A stretch of 36,017 nt of DNA, taken from contig JABSRG010000040.1 of NCBI GenBank assembly GCA_013215165.1, positions 1 to 36,017 of the forward strand, in the 5' to 3' direction. A program made the translations under genes and the position numbers. This DNA is from Opitutales bacterium. Its GTDB lineage: Bacteria; Verrucomicrobiota; Verrucomicrobiia; Opitutales; JABSRG01. Numbering within the stretch: position 1 is the stretch's first letter; every line of letters starts with the position of its first letter. The notes under the pieces were generated by a model. That model ran no database searches. It worked only from the letters and a program-made list of their open reading frames with translations, and was not told the origin of the DNA. Of the stretch, positions 8,138 to 18,869 are shown piece after piece.

Positions 8138-9919
8138 ATGAGCCACGCATTCGCAACAAACATCCGTCATCTCAGTCTCTTTGGGGCTGTGCTGTTGGCT
8201 TTTGTTGTCTTGGCGGTGCGTCTGTTATTTCTGCAAGTCCTCAGTCGGGATGAGCTCCTGGTCTATGTCGATCAGGTGCGTGATTCTGTCCGTATATTAC
8301 ATGCGCAACGTGGAGATATCTTGGATAGCCAAGGAAACCTCCAGGCTACCAGCCAACCCGTTTACGAAGTGGGCGTTGATCCGCAGGATCTGAAACCGAT
8401 GGATTGGGACGCCCTTAAGCAGGTTGCAGATCTCTTGGACGTTCCAGGATCTGAGCTGGTGTCGGCCTTCTCCAATACCGAAACACCGAGTGGGAACAAG
8501 CGTCGTTGGGTGCGCTTGGCGGAGGCCGTTGATCGGGATACATTTCTTCAGATCCAGCGCATCACATCGCGCGCGGTTTATGGGAATTTGGTCCACCGTC
8601 GGCACTATCCTGGCGATAAGGCTGGAGCGCACTTTATCGGAATGTTGAATAAAGAGGGTATTCCCCTTGCAGGCGTAGAGCAGTCATTCGATTTTTTTCT
8701 ACGTGGCCAAGATGGCTGGCTGGAGACGGAGACGGATAGCCGCCGTCGTGAGTTAGCTCAGTTCCGCCGCCGTGAGGTAGCGCCGCAGGATGGGCTCCAT
8801 ATCGAACTGACTTTGAATCAGGTGATACAAGATATGACCGAGCACGCGGTAGCGAGCATTGTGGAAGAAATGGGGCCTGATTCGGTGAGCATTCTTGTCA
8901 GTGAGGTAGATACCGGATCCCTTCTAGCCGCGGCAATTTATCCGAACTTCGATCCGAATGAATATTGGGAGTATCCTGTCGATTCGCACCGAAATCGTGC
9001 CATCGCAGATGTCTTTGAGCCTGGTTCTACCTTCAAGGTCGTGACTGCCGCTGCTGCGTTACAGGAAGGTATTGTGATCCCTTCAGATGTCCTTAAGACG
9101 GGAGACCGTATCGTTGAATACATGGGGCGGCGTATTCGTATGCCCGATGAGTATAACGGAAAGGTGTTTCCTCAGCTGACTGTTAGGAAAACTGTCGTCA
9201 AATCGAGTAACCGTGGCTCGGCAGTTCTTGGGATGATGCTTGGCGAGATGCCTATGTATCAGTATGCACGCAGCTTTGGCTACGGGCACCGCACGGGGAT
9301 TGCTGTATACGGTGAAGCGTCTGGCATTTTGGACCATCCCGATCGCTGGGACGGTATAACCATTTCTCGCTTGCCAATGGGGCATGCCATTGCGGCGACA
9401 CCGCTCCAGGTGCACACCGCGATGGGTGCTGTGGCCAATGGTGGGGTGCTGATGCGTCCGAGGATTGTAAGTCGGATCATTGATCGTGATGGGCGCACCG
9501 TGAGCCGTGTTGCTCCTGAGGAAGTAGGACGTGCCATCAGTGAGTCCACAGCGCTCGTCGTATCCGATATGTTGGCCGAAGTGGTGTCGCCCGAAGGAAC
9601 GGCCCGTTCAGCTCAAATAAAAGGTTATCGTGCCGGTGGTAAAACGGGAACGACTGAAAAGATCGATCCCAATACGAAACTGTATCTGAAGAACGCTAAC
9701 GTCGCCTCATTCTCTGGTTTCCTACCTGTTGAGCGCCCTGAGATTGTGATTACCATCGTGGTCGACAATCCGAAGAAGGCCGCGAGTCAGACGGGTGGTT
9801 TTGTGACGGGTCCCACCTTTAAGTTGTTGGGCACCCAGATCACCCAATACCTGGGAATCGAACCTGTTGAACAACCGGTCTTCCCTCTGGCACTTGTTGA
9901 GACAGGAGGTGTCCAATGA
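8138..9919 (+). CDS. ftsI: Peptidoglycan D,D-transpeptidase FtsI (class B PBP)
   Basis: 593 aa with an N-terminal TM. The transpeptidase motifs STFK (EPGSTFKVV), SSN (KSSN) and KTGT are all present. Confidence 0.9.
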   Translation: MSHAFATNIRHLSLFGAVLLAFVVLAVRLLFLQVLSRDELLVYVDQVRDSVRILHAQRGDILDSQGNLQATSQPVYEVGVDPQDLKPMDWDALKQVADLLDVPGSELVSAFSNTETPSGNKRRWVRLAEAVDRDTFLQIQRITSRAVYGNLVHRRHYPGDKAGAHFIGMLNKEGIPLAGVEQSFDFFLRGQDGWLETETDSRRRELAQFRRREVAPQDGLHIELTLNQVIQDMTEHAVASIVEEMGPDSVSILVSEVDTGSLLAAAIYPNFDPNEYWEYPVDSHRNRAIADVFEPGSTFKVVTAAAALQEGIVIPSDVLKTGDRIVEYMGRRIRMPDEYNGKVFPQLTVRKTVVKSSNRGSAVLGMMLGEMPMYQYARSFGYGHRTGIAVYGEASGILDHPDRWDGITISRLPMGHAIAATPLQVHTAMGAVANGGVLMRPRIVSRIIDRDGRTVSRVAPEEVGRAISESTALVVSDMLAEVVSPEGTARSAQIKGYRAGGKTGTTEKIDPNTKLYLKNANVASFSGFLPVERPEIVITIVVDNPKKAASQTGGFVTGPTFKLLGTQITQYLGIEPVEQPVFPLALVETGGVQ

Positions 9920-11517
9920 TCCGGATGGCACCGTTGTCGATGGCATTGCTTTTAGGAAGCCAGGTCGATTCTCGTCCTCTAGCCATGACGATGGAAGATG
10001 CTCATGGAAACAGACTTCCGCGCCGCTTTTCACAAATCGATCTTCTTAAAGGTTTGGTCGATAAGAAGCCCAAGGGAGAGCTGAAGGCAACCGTTACTGG
10101 TTTGGCTACCGACAGTCGGAGAGTGGTGCCGGGCTCATTGTTTTTTGCGATCAGTGGGTATCGGACGGATGGTAACGATTATATTGGCGAAGCTATCAGT
10201 CGTGGAGCAATCGGGATCGTTTCCGAGCGGCCGCACCCGCGTATCTGCCCGGTTCCTTTTTGGACTGTGGGCGATGCACGCACGGCTTTAGCCGATGTGG
10301 CGGCGCGTTTCTATGGTCATCCAGAAAACGACCTTAAAATCGCGGCCGTGACAGGAACGAATGGTAAAACAACCGTCGCGATGCTGACACAGCATCTTAT
10401 GGAAGGCGATGACCCAGTCGGCCTGCTTTCCACCGTTCGCTACGACGTCGGGAAGCGTACGTTTCCTGCTTTTCGCACAACTCCAGAATCGGTCGATATC
10501 TATGCTTTGCTCGATCAGATGCGCACCGGGGGGTGCTCATCCATGATGATGGAGGCGAGTTCTCATGGCATTCATCAGAAACGAGTCTGGGGCGTGCAGC
10601 TCGAAGTCGCGGTCTTTACAAATCTGACCCAAGATCACCTCGATTATCATGGCGACCTCAACGATTATTTTGAGACGAAAGCCAAACTTTTTGCAGGAGT
10701 CGGGGCCGCTGCGCCGCGTGTCGGAGTGATCAATATCTCAGATGCCCATGGGGCGGAGCTGGCTCGGCGTGTGGCGGGTAGGATGAAGCTCGTTACCTTT
10801 GGAAAGGAAAATGTAGCGACACATCGGATCGTTATAAAATCCATGCGAGCCGATGGTGTCAGCTTCGATCTGGTGGGTTCCGAAGATACACTAAGCATCG
10901 AGAGCGCACTGCCTGGGGAATATAATATCTATAACCTCGCCGCTGCTATTCTATGTGCCCAGGAGATGGGTGTTACACGTGAGGCGATTCTTGATCGTTT
11001 AGCGTCATTTAGGGGTATACCTGGTCGTATGCAACGGGTAGAGCACTTTGATGGTGTCCACGTCTTTGTCGATTACGCACACACCCATGATGCCATTCAC
11101 AATGCTCTGAATATGTTGGGCGAGGTCATCGACGGGCAGATACACATCGTCTTTGGCTGTGGTGGAGATCGCGATCGAAGCAAGCGTCCGAAGATGATGC
11201 AGGCCGCGCTCGATGGTGCGGATCACGTCTATTTAACTGCTGATAATCCGCGTCTCGAGGCGCTCGATCAGATCTTTGGTGACACAATGGCCGCTGTTGA
11301 GGAAAGCGACCGGATGCGGGTGCAGGTCATTCGTGATCGCCGCGAGGCAATTGCGGTAGCTCTACGCTCAGCAAAGCCTGAGGATTGTGTGCTGATCGCA
11401 GGAAAGGGGCATGAGAATTTCCAAGAGATCGCGGATGCGCTGATTCCTTTTGATGACGTCCAGACAGCTCAGGAGCTCATCGCTGCGCTTGAATTAAAAG
11501 GAGGGGTGCATGCCTGA
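9916..11517 (+). CDS. murE: UDP-N-acetylmuramoyl-L-alanyl-D-glutamate--2,6-diaminopimelate ligase MurE (start possibly the internal Met at about 9991)
   Basis: Mur ligase domains are present: DSRRVVPGSLFFAISG, GTNGKTT, DYAHTHDA. Its start overlaps the ftsI stop (ATGA). Confidence 0.9.
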   Translation: MIRMAPLSMALLLGSQVDSRPLAMTMEDAHGNRLPRRFSQIDLLKGLVDKKPKGELKATVTGLATDSRRVVPGSLFFAISGYRTDGNDYIGEAISRGAIGIVSERPHPRICPVPFWTVGDARTALADVAARFYGHPENDLKIAAVTGTNGKTTVAMLTQHLMEGDDPVGLLSTVRYDVGKRTFPAFRTTPESVDIYALLDQMRTGGCSSMMMEASSHGIHQKRVWGVQLEVAVFTNLTQDHLDYHGDLNDYFETKAKLFAGVGAAAPRVGVINISDAHGAELARRVAGRMKLVTFGKENVATHRIVIKSMRADGVSFDLVGSEDTLSIESALPGEYNIYNLAAAILCAQEMGVTREAILDRLASFRGIPGRMQRVEHFDGVHVFVDYAHTHDAIHNALNMLGEVIDGQIHIVFGCGGDRDRSKRPKMMQAALDGADHVYLTADNPRLEALDQIFGDTMAAVEESDRMRVQVIRDRREAIAVALRSAKPEDCVLIAGKGHENFQEIADALIPFDDVQTAQELIAALELKGGVHA

Positions 11518-12919
11518 GTTTGATGCTGGTTTTTTCCAGGAAAACCTAGGACTGGGAAAATGGGGTAAGCGGCCACTCTCCGGATGTGTCAGCGGCTTTT
11601 CTAATGACACGCGGAAAATCGACCATGGTGATTGCTTCATTGCCATCAAGACAGAGAAGCGCGACGGGCATGATTACCTGGAGCAGGCGGCGAATGCAGG
11701 AGCAGCCATGGCCTTAGTATCGGAATGTCGACCGGGAGTGACGCTCTCCCAATTCGTTGTTCCAGATTCCGTTGCTGCCTTGCAAGAACTTGGACGGTCC
11801 CATCGTTTGGTTGCCGAATGCCCGGTTGTTGGGATCACGGGCACAGCCGGAAAGACGTCGACGAAGGATTTGCTTGCTCTGTTACTCGGTGACAGTGCGT
11901 GGAAGACCCAGGGCAATCTCAACAATACCTTGGGTGTTCCCTTGACGCTGTTGGAGATCGAACCTGATACGCATACCGAAGTGGTGATCGAAGCAGGCAT
12001 TAGTGAGGGCCGCGAAATGGATGTCCTTGCCGATATGATCCGTCCCGATGTCGGTATCGTAACCAGTGTCGGTCCGGGCCATCTCGATCATCTCAAAACG
12101 GTCGAAGGCGTGGCCCAGGAGAAGGTGAAGTTACTCCACGCAGTCGAAGATGGGGGCTTAGCGATTTTTCCCCACACCTGTTTGAAATTTGAGTCATTCA
12201 GAAAACTCGATGGCCGAGTTTGGGTGACAGCGCCGATGGACGTAGAAGTCGACCTGCCAAGTAATTACGAGCTCATTTGCTACACGACTGAAACTAGAAG
12301 CAAACTGCACTGCGGGGCCCGCCTAAGAGTCGCGGGCCCCGCTAATTTTATTTTCGAATACATACTGCCCGAAATGTCTGATGGGATGGTGAGCAACGCC
12401 GTTTTAGCGATTTTGGCTGCACAGGAGTGTGGCGTAAGCCAGGCAGATATCGTCGAACGCTTAGAGTCTTGGCAGCCGTCGACTCATCGTGGCCAGTGGG
12501 TAAAGATGGGAAAAAAGCGCGTCTATGCAGACTGCTACAACGCGAACCCGCTTTCGATGTTGGACGCATTCAGGCATTTCGATCAGAACAGCCACCTTAC
12601 GGCAGAGCGCCTGTTTATTGTGGGGACGATGAATGAATTGGGCGAAGAGACTGAGCGCATTCATAATGAAGTGGGATCTAAAATCCCGGTGGGTCCTAAA
12701 GATCGAGTCGTGCTGATCGGGCCTCAGGCTGGTGCGATGGCTCAAGGTTTAGCGCAACGGCTGACGCAGCCGGGACAAATTATAGAGGTGGATGAGGTCG
12801 GTGAGATTATGGCGTCATTCCATGGTTTCTCAGGAGAGGTATTTTTGAAGGCCAGTCGTAGCTATCATCTTGAAATCTTGTTGAATACGCCGGTTGGGGA
12901 GGCGGTTGGGGCATGTTGA
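11510..12919 (+). CDS. murF: UDP-N-acetylmuramoyl-tripeptide--D-alanyl-D-alanine ligase MurF
   Basis: Mur ligase fold with GITGTAGKTSTK. It overlaps murE by 8 nt and sits in the conserved position. Confidence 0.9.
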   Translation: MPEFDAGFFQENLGLGKWGKRPLSGCVSGFSNDTRKIDHGDCFIAIKTEKRDGHDYLEQAANAGAAMALVSECRPGVTLSQFVVPDSVAALQELGRSHRLVAECPVVGITGTAGKTSTKDLLALLLGDSAWKTQGNLNNTLGVPLTLLEIEPDTHTEVVIEAGISEGREMDVLADMIRPDVGIVTSVGPGHLDHLKTVEGVAQEKVKLLHAVEDGGLAIFPHTCLKFESFRKLDGRVWVTAPMDVEVDLPSNYELICYTTETRSKLHCGARLRVAGPANFIFEYILPEMSDGMVSNAVLAILAAQECGVSQADIVERLESWQPSTHRGQWVKMGKKRVYADCYNANPLSMLDAFRHFDQNSHLTAERLFIVGTMNELGEETERIHNEVGSKIPVGPKDRVVLIGPQAGAMAQGLAQRLTQPGQIIEVDEVGEIMASFHGFSGEVFLKASRSYHLEILLNTPVGEAVGAC

Positions 12920-14013
12920 GTTGGTTGGCACACTATGAGGATGTTTTCGGGCCGATGCGCTTGTTCCGCTTCATCACGTTGCGGGCCATGATGGCGGGAA
13001 TCACCGCGCTAGGGATCGGCTTCGTCGTCGGACCGTGGCTCATCGGTCGCCTCCGAAAATTTAAGATAGAGCAGTCTTTTCGCACCGCCGATGAGGTGGG
13101 CAAGCTCGCCGAACTCCATGCCTCCAAGAAGGCGACACCGACGATGGGCGGGTTGATGATCTTCATCTCTATCACTGTGAGTGCCCTGCTTTGGGCTGCG
13201 CCGAATGTTTACGTTTATGTCGCCCTGATCGTTTATGCTGCTCTCACTGCCATCGGATTCGCTGATGATTTTTTAAAGGTGACGAAGAAAGACAGCGGTG
13301 GGCTTCCAGGTCGTTATAAGCTTCTCGGCCAAGGGGTCATATGCGTGTTGGCTCTTCTCTTTCTCTATAATGATTCGGCTGCTGGGCCCCGGGTTGCTGA
13401 GCTGTGGCTTCCCTTCATTAAAGATGTCGTTTGGGCCACGATGCCGTTCTGGGTGGTCGGGGGCTTTTTCTTCCTGGTGATGGCTGGATCGAGTAACGCC
13501 ATCAACCTGACTGATGGCATCGATGGCTTGGCGATCGGTTGCACGGTTACTGTCGCTCTAGCCTACGGGATCATGGCGTATGCCGCTGGAAACAGCGTGA
13601 TCTCTGACTACCTTTTCATCAGCTACCTTCCTGGTACCGGAGAGCTCGCGGTGGTGTGCTCAGCTTTGTTAGGGGGCAGTTTGGCTTTCCTTTGGTTTAA
13701 TGCGCACCCCGCACAAGTATTCATGGGCGATACGGGCTCGTTAGCCCTGGGTGGACTGATAGGAACTATTGCCTTCATGATCCACCAGCCAGTGACACTC
13801 GTCATCGTCGGCGGGATTTTTGTGTGTGAGGCGCTGTCAGTTATTATCCAAGTCGGAGTCTATAAATCCCGCAAAACGCGTTTTTTTCGTATGGCCCCCA
13901 TCCATCATCACTTTGAGCTAGGAGGCTGGCATGAAATGCAGGTGGTGATTCGTTTTTGGATTCTTTCCCTCATCTTTGCCATTCTTGGCCTAGCAACCCT
14001 GAAACTGCGTTAG
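12913..14013 (+). CDS. mraY: Phospho-N-acetylmuramoyl-pentapeptide transferase MraY
   Basis: 366 aa polytopic membrane protein carrying the MraY motifs NAINLTDGIDGLA and HHHFE. Confidence 0.95.
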   Translation: MLSWLAHYEDVFGPMRLFRFITLRAMMAGITALGIGFVVGPWLIGRLRKFKIEQSFRTADEVGKLAELHASKKATPTMGGLMIFISITVSALLWAAPNVYVYVALIVYAALTAIGFADDFLKVTKKDSGGLPGRYKLLGQGVICVLALLFLYNDSAAGPRVAELWLPFIKDVVWATMPFWVVGGFFFLVMAGSSNAINLTDGIDGLAIGCTVTVALAYGIMAYAAGNSVISDYLFISYLPGTGELAVVCSALLGGSLAFLWFNAHPAQVFMGDTGSLALGGLIGTIAFMIHQPVTLVIVGGIFVCEALSVIIQVGVYKSRKTRFFRMAPIHHHFELGGWHEMQVVIRFWILSLIFAILGLATLKLR

Positions 14014-14014
14014 G

Positions 14015-15331
14015 ATGACTCACCGCTCACCAGTTTTTGAAGATCTGCTTGAACAGCCTGTGGCTGTCCTAGGTGCTGGGCTGAGTGGGCGCGCTGCTGC
14101 TGAGGCCTTAGAGCGACGTGGCTATGCGGTTGTCATCTATGATCGTGATTCTGGCCGGGGCACGGTGGATGATTTCTCGCCTAAAGCTGCGGCTGAGCAC
14201 CGTTTATGCATCGTGAGCCCTGGTTTTGCTGAGGATCATCCATGGTTAGTTACCGCTCGAAAACAGGGGTGCGTGATCCGCTCAGAGCTTTGGCTCGGGC
14301 GCCAGTTCTGGAAGGGTAAAATTATTGGCGTCACTGGCACCAATGGTAAGACGACGCTGACTCGATTGCTGGCGCATGCATTCAGTGTAGCTGGCTTTGA
14401 TGCCCAGGCGGTGGGTAATGTGGGCTTGCCTCTCTGCGCCATAGTCGACGATTCAAAGAATCACGCCGATAGCATCGCGGTGTGTGAGATCAGTTCGTTC
14501 CAGGCAGAATCGAGCCAAGAGCTACACCTCAATGGACTGATCTGGACCAACTTTGCAGAGGATCATCTTGATCGCTACGCTAGCATGGAGGCCTACTTTG
14601 CGGCTAAAGCGTGGTTGTTTGAGTCTCTGGTCTTTGAAGCTCCGGTAATTGCTGGGGAGTCGGTGTTTGCCTTCGCCGATGAGGCGAAAATCAACCTGCC
14701 GATCAGCGTCGAGAGAGCTCCAAAAATCGCCCGCGCTTGCCTGCCGCCCGCCTTTCGGCTGGGGCCACGTGGTGAGACCTTTCACCAAGGTGCGGCACTC
14801 TGGCAGGCCTTAGGACTCTCTTTGGAGCACTGGCGCGAAGCAGCCTCGAGTTTTCAGTTTGATCGTCATCGCCTCGAGTTCTGCGGAGAGCAGGAGGGAG
14901 TGCGTTTCTGGAATGATTCGAAGGCGACTAATTTTCATGCCTGCTTGGCAGCCGTCGATGGCATAGAAGGCCCGATTTTCTGGATCGGTGGTGGACGGAG
15001 CAAAGGTGGGGACCTGGATGGCTTCGCCGAGCAGCTTTCTAGCGATATCTCCGCGGCCTACATCGTGTGTGCCGATCCCGAGGCGATTAGCCGTTCCTTC
15101 ACTCCGTTTATGACAACCAAGGATTACGATCAGCTGGATTCTGCTGTGAATGATGCCTATCTAGATGCGATGCACTGTGGGGGCGGGGATGTGCTCTTTA
15201 GTCCGGCTTTTTCCAGCCTTGATCAGTATGATAGCTTTGCGGATCGCGGCGATGCCTTTGTCGACGCAGTTCGGCGTCTCGATTTTGAACCTACTCACCG
15301 GTTTTTCACTCAAACCCTTCATCTAATTTAA
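14015..15331 (+). CDS. murD: UDP-N-acetylmuramoylalanine--D-glutamate ligase MurD
   Basis: 438 aa with a Rossmann N-terminus (VAVLGAGLSGRAAA) and GVTGTNGKTT. Confidence 0.9.
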   Translation: MTHRSPVFEDLLEQPVAVLGAGLSGRAAAEALERRGYAVVIYDRDSGRGTVDDFSPKAAAEHRLCIVSPGFAEDHPWLVTARKQGCVIRSELWLGRQFWKGKIIGVTGTNGKTTLTRLLAHAFSVAGFDAQAVGNVGLPLCAIVDDSKNHADSIAVCEISSFQAESSQELHLNGLIWTNFAEDHLDRYASMEAYFAAKAWLFESLVFEAPVIAGESVFAFADEAKINLPISVERAPKIARACLPPAFRLGPRGETFHQGAALWQALGLSLEHWREAASSFQFDRHRLEFCGEQEGVRFWNDSKATNFHACLAAVDGIEGPIFWIGGGRSKGGDLDGFAEQLSSDISAAYIVCADPEAISRSFTPFMTTKDYDQLDSAVNDAYLDAMHCGGGDVLFSPAFSSLDQYDSFADRGDAFVDAVRRLDFEPTHRFFTQTLHLI

Positions 15332-15332
15332 C

Positions 15333-16565
15333 ATGAAATATATTGGCATAGCTCTGGTCGTCTTTGTGCATTTGGCTGCCGGTCTGTTCCTGATCACCCA
15401 GCCCGGTTGTCAGACTACGGATAGCGCCGACGCAGAGTCTCCGATGATACCCACAGCAATGTATGGGGAAGATACGGCTCCCATCCCTGTTGATCCTCAG
15501 TCGTCTTCCAGCGAAGATCTGTTTGAGCCGATTGATCCGGCATTCAATACAGGAGCGCCGCGGCCCGTTGTGGTAAGTCGTGACAGTAGTATTTCTGTAC
15601 CGCAGCGTTCTGCGCCTACGCGCCCGACGCCATCTACCCGCCCGTCGGACAGCGGTGAAGTCATCGGTGTGCTATCCAACGTTCCAGACCCTGTGACCCT
15701 ACCAGCCGAATCATCCGATGATGAGGGCATATCTATCGTGACGTCGGGGCCAGCTTGGGTTGATTACACTGTTGTTTCCGGAGATAGCCTTTGGAAAATT
15801 TCGCGGAGCTTTGAGGTTTCTATCCAATCGATTCGTGAGGCCAGTCGTCTCACGTCTGATACGCTGCGAGTCGGCCAGGTGATTCAAATTCCCAAGGATG
15901 ATAATACCGTGCGTGTCGCAGCACCGCCTTCGGAGCTTGTCAGCGAGGCTGTGCCTGTCGAAGGCAGTCTAGGTCGTGAGTATATCGTCATGCCTGGGGA
16001 CACGCTATCACGCATCGCAGCACGCAATGGAACGTCTGTGGGTGCCATACGTTCGGCAAATAATCTAACGAGCGATGTGATACGCGTGGGCGAGCTCCTA
16101 ATCCTTCCTGATAATGTCGAGTCGGCTCCGGCCATAAGAGAGCGTTCTGCACCTGCGCCTGCGCGCGGCGTCTACCACGAAGTAAAATCGGGTGAAAACC
16201 CCACAATCATCGCGCGGCGTTATGGTATATCGGTGGGACAGCTCATGGCTTGGAACAATAACTTTGATCCCCGATTGCTTAAGGTCGGGCAGCGTCTCCA
16301 GGTCGGCGAGATCAGCAATGCAGGAGCCCAGGAGGTCACTATCGAGCCTCGAGATCAGGCAAATTTCCGCGAAGTAACGAGCGAAAACCAGGAGGTTGAA
16401 GTGGACCTACCACAGACCCCTGAATCCAACTCAGTTCGTCAGCCTCAACCTGCTTCGGTTTCAGAGCTCAACACGGCACCTGCGCCCACCGAGGCCGATT
16501 TGGAAGCCCTTTTAGAAGATTTGGAGAATGCGCCGGTCGTTTCTCCCGTGCGTGTAGAAGAATAA
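15333..16565 (+). CDS. Secreted or membrane-anchored protein with three LysM domains embedded in the dcw cluster
   Basis: It has an N-terminal hydrophobic signal/anchor and Pro/Ser-rich linkers. The three LysM repeats are YTVVSGDSLWKIS, YIVMPGDTLSRIA and YHEVKSGENPTIIARRYG. Its ends are translationally coupled to murD and ftsW. Confidence 0.75.
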   Translation: MKYIGIALVVFVHLAAGLFLITQPGCQTTDSADAESPMIPTAMYGEDTAPIPVDPQSSSSEDLFEPIDPAFNTGAPRPVVVSRDSSISVPQRSAPTRPTPSTRPSDSGEVIGVLSNVPDPVTLPAESSDDEGISIVTSGPAWVDYTVVSGDSLWKISRSFEVSIQSIREASRLTSDTLRVGQVIQIPKDDNTVRVAAPPSELVSEAVPVEGSLGREYIVMPGDTLSRIAARNGTSVGAIRSANNLTSDVIRVGELLILPDNVESAPAIRERSAPAPARGVYHEVKSGENPTIIARRYGISVGQLMAWNNNFDPRLLKVGQRLQVGEISNAGAQEVTIEPRDQANFREVTSENQEVEVDLPQTPESNSVRQPQPASVSELNTAPAPTEADLEALLEDLENAPVVSPVRVEE

Positions 16566-17734
16566 TGCATCTTGAAAGCGTAGATACTCCCGTCGCCCAG
16601 AAACCCGCATGGACTGCCCTGCGGTGGGACGACTACGCGCTTTTGCTCATAGTTCTGGCACTGACTTCTTTGGGTATTGTGGTCTTGTTGAGCAGTACCT
16701 ACGTCCTCGATAGCGCGGATGCATTCGCCATGCTTAAGAAGCAGGCGGTCTGGCTAGTCGTTGCTTCCTTGGCTGGTTTAATTGCTTGGCGAATCGATGT
16801 CCACGAACTACGCGACCTGGTGTGGTGGCTGGCCGTTCCAGCGATACTGCTGTGCGCTCTTGTCTTTATCCCCCCGTTTGGGCGTGAGATCAATGGGGCG
16901 AATCGTTGGTTAATATTGGGTCCGTTTCGTTTTCAAGTGGCTGAAGCAGTTAAGGTCGCGCTGGTATTCATCCTCGCTCATTATCTCGCTGAGAATAAGC
17001 GCAAACTTAACGAGAAAATACGCGGGGTTATTTTCCCGGGTTTAATTATTGGAGTGGCCTTTGGTATGATTCTTTTGCAGCCCGACTATGGGACTGCGTT
17101 CCTCTGTGCCCTAGTCGGCGGGTGCATGTTATACCTCGCCGGTGGTGCGCTGAAGTATTGGGTGCCTCTGGGGATCTTAGGATTGGCTGGTTTTGCAACT
17201 CTTATCTACCACAACCCTGAACGTCTAAGTCGGGTGACCTCATTTCTAAGTTTAAATTCCGAGGTAGTACGCGGCGACGAGGGCTACCAGCTGTGGCAAG
17301 GCATTTTGGGTTTTGCATCTGGGGGTATGAGCGGTGTGGGTTTGGGCGATGGACGTCAGCAGATTACCTATCTACCCGAAGCGCATACCGACTTTATCTT
17401 TTCGATTGTGGGCGAGGAGCTTGGTTTAATTTTTACGCTGCTGATTGTTATCCTTTTCCTGGCACTATTTTTTCTTGTGGCCCTAAGGATTCGTCGCGCG
17501 ACGAGCCTGTATGAGTGCCTACTCGTTCAGGGTAGCCTGCTATTTATTGTGTTCCAGGCCCTGATTAATATGGGCGTGGTGACGGGTGTGCTACCTACAA
17601 AGGGAATGTCGCTCCCCTTTATCAGCTATGGCGGATCAAACCTAATTCTGATGTTTTTCTTCATTGGTTTGATTATCAATGTCAGCTCACGCTGGTCCGC
17701 TGTCCCCAAACGGGAAAGGGTACGGAGTGAGTAA
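16565..17734 (+). CDS. ftsW: SEDS-family peptidoglycan glycosyltransferase FtsW
   Basis: 389 aa with about 10 TM segments and conserved PDYGTA / PEAHTDFIFS motifs. Confidence 0.9.
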   Translation: MHLESVDTPVAQKPAWTALRWDDYALLLIVLALTSLGIVVLLSSTYVLDSADAFAMLKKQAVWLVVASLAGLIAWRIDVHELRDLVWWLAVPAILLCALVFIPPFGREINGANRWLILGPFRFQVAEAVKVALVFILAHYLAENKRKLNEKIRGVIFPGLIIGVAFGMILLQPDYGTAFLCALVGGCMLYLAGGALKYWVPLGILGLAGFATLIYHNPERLSRVTSFLSLNSEVVRGDEGYQLWQGILGFASGGMSGVGLGDGRQQITYLPEAHTDFIFSIVGEELGLIFTLLIVILFLALFFLVALRIRRATSLYECLLVQGSLLFIVFQALINMGVVTGVLPTKGMSLPFISYGGSNLILMFFFIGLIINVSSRWSAVPKRERVRSE

Positions 17735-18869
17735 GTTTATCATTTCTTGTGGAGGCACTGGCGGGCACCTCTCACCGGGTATTGCCTTGGCAGAGTCACT
17801 TATTTCGCAGGGGCATATTTGCATGCTCTTGGTGAGCGAAAAGCAGGTCGATTCTCGATTGATCCGTAAATATCCTGCCTTGCAAACACGACCTTTAGCC
17901 GGTGCTTTCTTTTCCCTTTCGCCCCTGCGTTTTGTTAAGTTTGTTGTGAAAACGATCCGGGGCATCAAGGGGATGAGTAAGATTTTGAAAGACTTTGAGC
18001 CCCAGGCTGTCATCGCTTTCGGTGGATTTCTTTCTTTGCCTGTTCTCAGTGTCGCGCGGTGGAAGAAGACAACGATCATACTCCACGAGGCCAATCGTGT
18101 GCCGGGTAAGGCGACCCGAATGTTCCGGAAGGCTGCTTCGAGGGTTTATCTACCGCGGGGTCTTAGACTGCGCGGTGTGAAGCCGGATGTTATCCGTGAC
18201 TTTGGGTTCCCGGTGCGAAAAGAGTTTCGAAAGATCGGCAAGGACCGAGCTCGACAGAACATCGGTATGCCCAAGAACGGAAAGCTCCTGGTTATCCTTG
18301 GGGGAAGCCAGGGAGCCCAAGCACTCAATGAGTGGGCGCGCGATCATTTCGAGCAGCTCGCTGGCTTGGGCGTTCATATTTATTGTGTCACGGGAATGGG
18401 TCAGGGCATTACAGGGCGCTATGAACGCGAATTTGAAAATGGGCCCAACATCGTCGCAGAGTTCGTGAATTTCACCGACCAAATGGCAGATGTGATGAGC
18501 GCTGCGGATCTTATCGTAACGCGTGCTGGTGCGGGGACTCTAGCGGAACTCGTGCGCTGTCGGACTCCTGGAATCCTGGTCCCTTATCCCTTTGCGGCCG
18601 ATAACCATCAAGATGCTAATGCGCGCTTCTTCGAGCAGCAGGGTGGAGGGATTGTTCTTGGTCAAGAGTCAATCGGTCAACTGTTCGCCGAGGTGGAGGA
18701 GTTACTATTCAACGATTGGTTATTGTCGCAACTGCAACGTAATCTTTCACGCATGGATGACGCACAAGTCCTGCAAAATACGGTCGATGATCTAGAGAAA
18801 CTCGTACTGCCTCTTGAAGAGCAGGCGGGGTATCTCGAAAAGTCTCTGGGAAGGAGTCAAGAGCTCTGA
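17727..18869 (+). CDS. murG: Undecaprenyl-PP-MurNAc-pentapeptide GlcNAc transferase MurG (GTG start at 17727; the ORF extends to 17679)
   Basis: The N-terminal ISCGGTGGHLSPGIA glycine-rich loop is present. A GGAG ribosome-binding site lies upstream of the GTG start, which overlaps the ftsW stop by 8 nt. Confidence 0.85.
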   Translation: MSKFIISCGGTGGHLSPGIALAESLISQGHICMLLVSEKQVDSRLIRKYPALQTRPLAGAFFSLSPLRFVKFVVKTIRGIKGMSKILKDFEPQAVIAFGGFLSLPVLSVARWKKTTIILHEANRVPGKATRMFRKAASRVYLPRGLRLRGVKPDVIRDFGFPVRKEFRKIGKDRARQNIGMPKNGKLLVILGGSQGAQALNEWARDHFEQLAGLGVHIYCVTGMGQGITGRYEREFENGPNIVAEFVNFTDQMADVMSAADLIVTRAGAGTLAELVRCRTPGILVPYPFAADNHQDANARFFEQQGGGIVLGQESIGQLFAEVEELLFNDWLLSQLQRNLSRMDDAQVLQNTVDDLEKLVLPLEEQAGYLEKSLGRSQEL

